A DNA stretch of 64,000 nt from Narcine bancroftii (lineage: Eukaryota), in NCBI RefSeq assembly GCF_036971445.1, contig NC_091469.1:318742001-318806000 (forward strand). The letters are read 5' to 3'. Positions 61,570-64,000 of this stretch are shown in pieces. Both the position numbers and the translations under genes were made by a program. Every line of letters starts with the position of its first letter. Within the stretch, counting starts at the first letter, position 1. Below the pieces are notes generated by a model. The model did not search any database. It was not told the DNA's origin and saw only the letters and a program-made list of their open reading frames with translations.

Positions 61570-63782
61570 TCAAGCACTGCTAAATTCATCAACAACGATT
61601 TCATCTGCAACAGGGAGGTGTGGAAACAGAAATAGAATTCCCGCACTAAACTTACAGGACCTGCCCACACAATGTCCTTTAGTGCGTACATATATTTCAT
61701 GTTATGATAACTATTACTGGCCTACAATCAGCTCTGTTCCCATTATCCTCCACGCATTTCAGGACTTATCCAAAGTCTATTCTACGAAGGGAGCAGGTTT
61801 CAAAAGCAGGGAGGAGCCAGGCTATTGAGGTACTTGCAAACCAATGATTGGAATTGCAGTAAACTGAGATTTACTGGTGGTGTGTGAGACTGATGGCCGG
61901 ATCGGCCGCTATCTACCCCTATATAACCCGCCTAAACCCGGAGCCCCTCTGAAGACCATCAGACTCTACCCCTCATTATAAGCTAATAAAAGCGTATGTT
62001 CTCCTTCCATTCATGAGAGCTTTTATTCACGCTACAAGGATCCGCTGCAGATCCATGGATAAGGAATGAATTGAGCGTTGTAGCTTGGGATGTGGCAGTT
62101 CAATCCATGGGGGGGGAGGGGTAAAAAATGGTTGTACAGCCAAGAGCTCACAATATTTCCATTCCCCATCAATAAGAAATTGGCTCAGTAAGAAAGCAGT
62201 ATTTGTCATCAATCACATAATTGCAGAGAGAACGAAGTGGATTTTTCAGATGTAGTTTGGAGTACATTTCTGTTATTAATTTGCAAAGATTTATGAATAT
62301 GTGCTATCTCTTTTCCTCCAAAGAATTCTGCAAAAGAGATTAAACAAACAATACTTACTCACAATTGGACATTAGTAAAGGTCACCATGGAATAATTATG
62401 TTATCGTCAAAAATGAACAAAGAATATTTACAAAGTTTATTCTCAAAAAAAATGCTCGGGTTTTTTTGGTTCTGGGATAAAATGATGAGGTAAACATTTT
62501 GACAAAAGGAAAAAAAAAACTTTTGCCCTCAAACATTGAATTTGAGGTTCGGATCTGGAGCTTGGGTCGCCGATGGTTTGGACTCTGGGAGGCTGCAGAA
62601 ATGCTGGAGGAGAATCCACAGACGCTCGGTGACTCTGGAGGGGGGGTCTCTCTTTTGCTTCTCTCTCTCTGACTGTAAGAGGCACTTCAGACAATTCCTG
62701 CTGGTGGTGAATCTGTCTGCCTTACAGCAGGCAACAGCAATTTCATGTAATACAACACAGTCTTATTACAATTACAATAAATTGAATCTTGAATCATGAT
62801 TGAGAGTCTCAAAAATTTAGGAACCTGGGAAATTATCGGCCAAACCATACATGAATATATTGAAACAAAGCAATAACATGTTCCTGTGCACAATGGACTT
62901 ATTTAATTAGATGAAGAAATGAGATGAAATTTTAGATCATTCATGAACTTAAGGAGGTGATGAGATTGTAACTGACAAGAGAATATTGACAGGATCAATT
63001 CCGCATGCACCTGAAGCTCAGCTGACACTGGGGTGAGTGAAGCTGGGTTCCTGACAACCAAGTGATATTTACCTTCACGATTTGGAACTGATAGGATGGA
63101 AAATACACCATGATGCTGACTTAACTGAGTTACTATGCACATCCCAATTCAACGAGATCACAGTGCAATGGTATCCAAATGTCATGCTATTGTGAAGCTT
63201 CTCCTACACTGCCTTGTTGGCCACTGCTGGAAAACAAGCCTGTTGAAAAGACAGGAGCCTCAGAGTTTATGGGTGGGTTCAAGTTTTATTGGTAACGTTT
63301 CATGCAAGGCAAACGTTTAGTGCAAAAGGCTGCTGCCATGCCGGCGGCCAGGGTTCAAATCCAGCGCAGTCCGTAAGGGGTTTGTCCACGCTCCCTGTAT
63401 CTGCGTGGGTTCCCTCTCACCCTTCAAAATGCACTGTTGGAAAGTTGTAGGTTAATTGGGTGGAGCGAGCTAAGGGCCTATTACCATGTATGTCTAAATT
63501 TTAAAATTTAAATTTAAACCTTGGCAATATTCAATCATTCCTGGTCATGATCGGTGGTGGGCAAACCATCCTTCTCTTTCTTCCTATAAGATAGAAACCC
63601 CATTATTACTGTTGACACACTCAGAAGTGCATCCAAATCCATCGCTCAGCTCAAGCAGATGTTCAATGACGATAAATCCAAGGACTCACCCGACTGCATC
63701 TCCTTGATGAATTCTTCACAAAGCCCATGAGCTGAGCTGGCAGAAAGGATCCCTTCTCTGAGTTGTCCCTCAACATTGCTCC
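61570..63782 (-). CDS. Candidate spliced C-terminus: exons 63690-63782, 63073-63087, 61570-61604
   Basis: Strong splice sites (ttttaattccag/gtgagt; ttccatcctatcag/gtaaat; cctccctgttgcag). All phase-1 joins give ...SNVEGQLREGILSASSAHGLCEEFIKEMQSVPNREDEIVVDEFSSA*. Protein not recognised. Confidence 0.4.
63315..63518 (+). mobile_element. tRNA-derived SINE
   Basis: B-box GGTTCAAATCC, family core, TTTAAA tail. Confidence 0.78.
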
Positions 63783-64000
63783 CTGGAATTAAAAAGGACT
63801 GTTAGTCATATAAAGTCTTCAAAACATCTCCCAGAGAATCTGGCACAGATTAAACGTCTTTTTTGTAGTTGTTCAATTCTGTTTTTAATAGACAAATGGC
63901 CCTTGCAATTTTGTTGACTTGTGGTTTACTTTGGATTACCACCCATTCTCTGTTCAATGATATTGTGTGCTGTTAAAATGTAGGCAGTGAGGCCAATCTA

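Overview
Eukaryotic, repeat-dominated vertebrate DNA. The repeat mix (V-SINE/HE1-like tRNA-derived SINEs, Penelope-like elements carrying hammerhead motifs, CR1, L2, L1/Tx1, Rex-Babar, RTE, Gypsy LTRs, Harbinger) suggests a cartilaginous fish, probably a ray; this is inference only. Most of the window is decayed, often nested transposons. These include a ~4-kb Harbinger (Myb/SANT gene plus intron-containing DDE transposase) with a 343-bp internal inverted duplication that fuses Myb in frame to the transposase core, a Gmr1-type Gypsy (integrase before RT, tRNA-Pro PBS) inside a CR1 and itself invaded by L1, CR1 and L2, a second Gypsy, a second L1/Tx1, several solo LTRs with target-site duplications, and a young-looking RTE. 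The best non-transposon signal is a small spliced plus-strand unit at ~38.8-39.5 kb that could encode a ~52-aa CCHC zinc-knuckle protein using a GC-AG intron. It is interleaved with short candidate minus-strand exons of a host gene I cannot name. No prokaryotic features are present (no operons, rRNA or CRISPR). Coordinates of decayed repeats are approximate.
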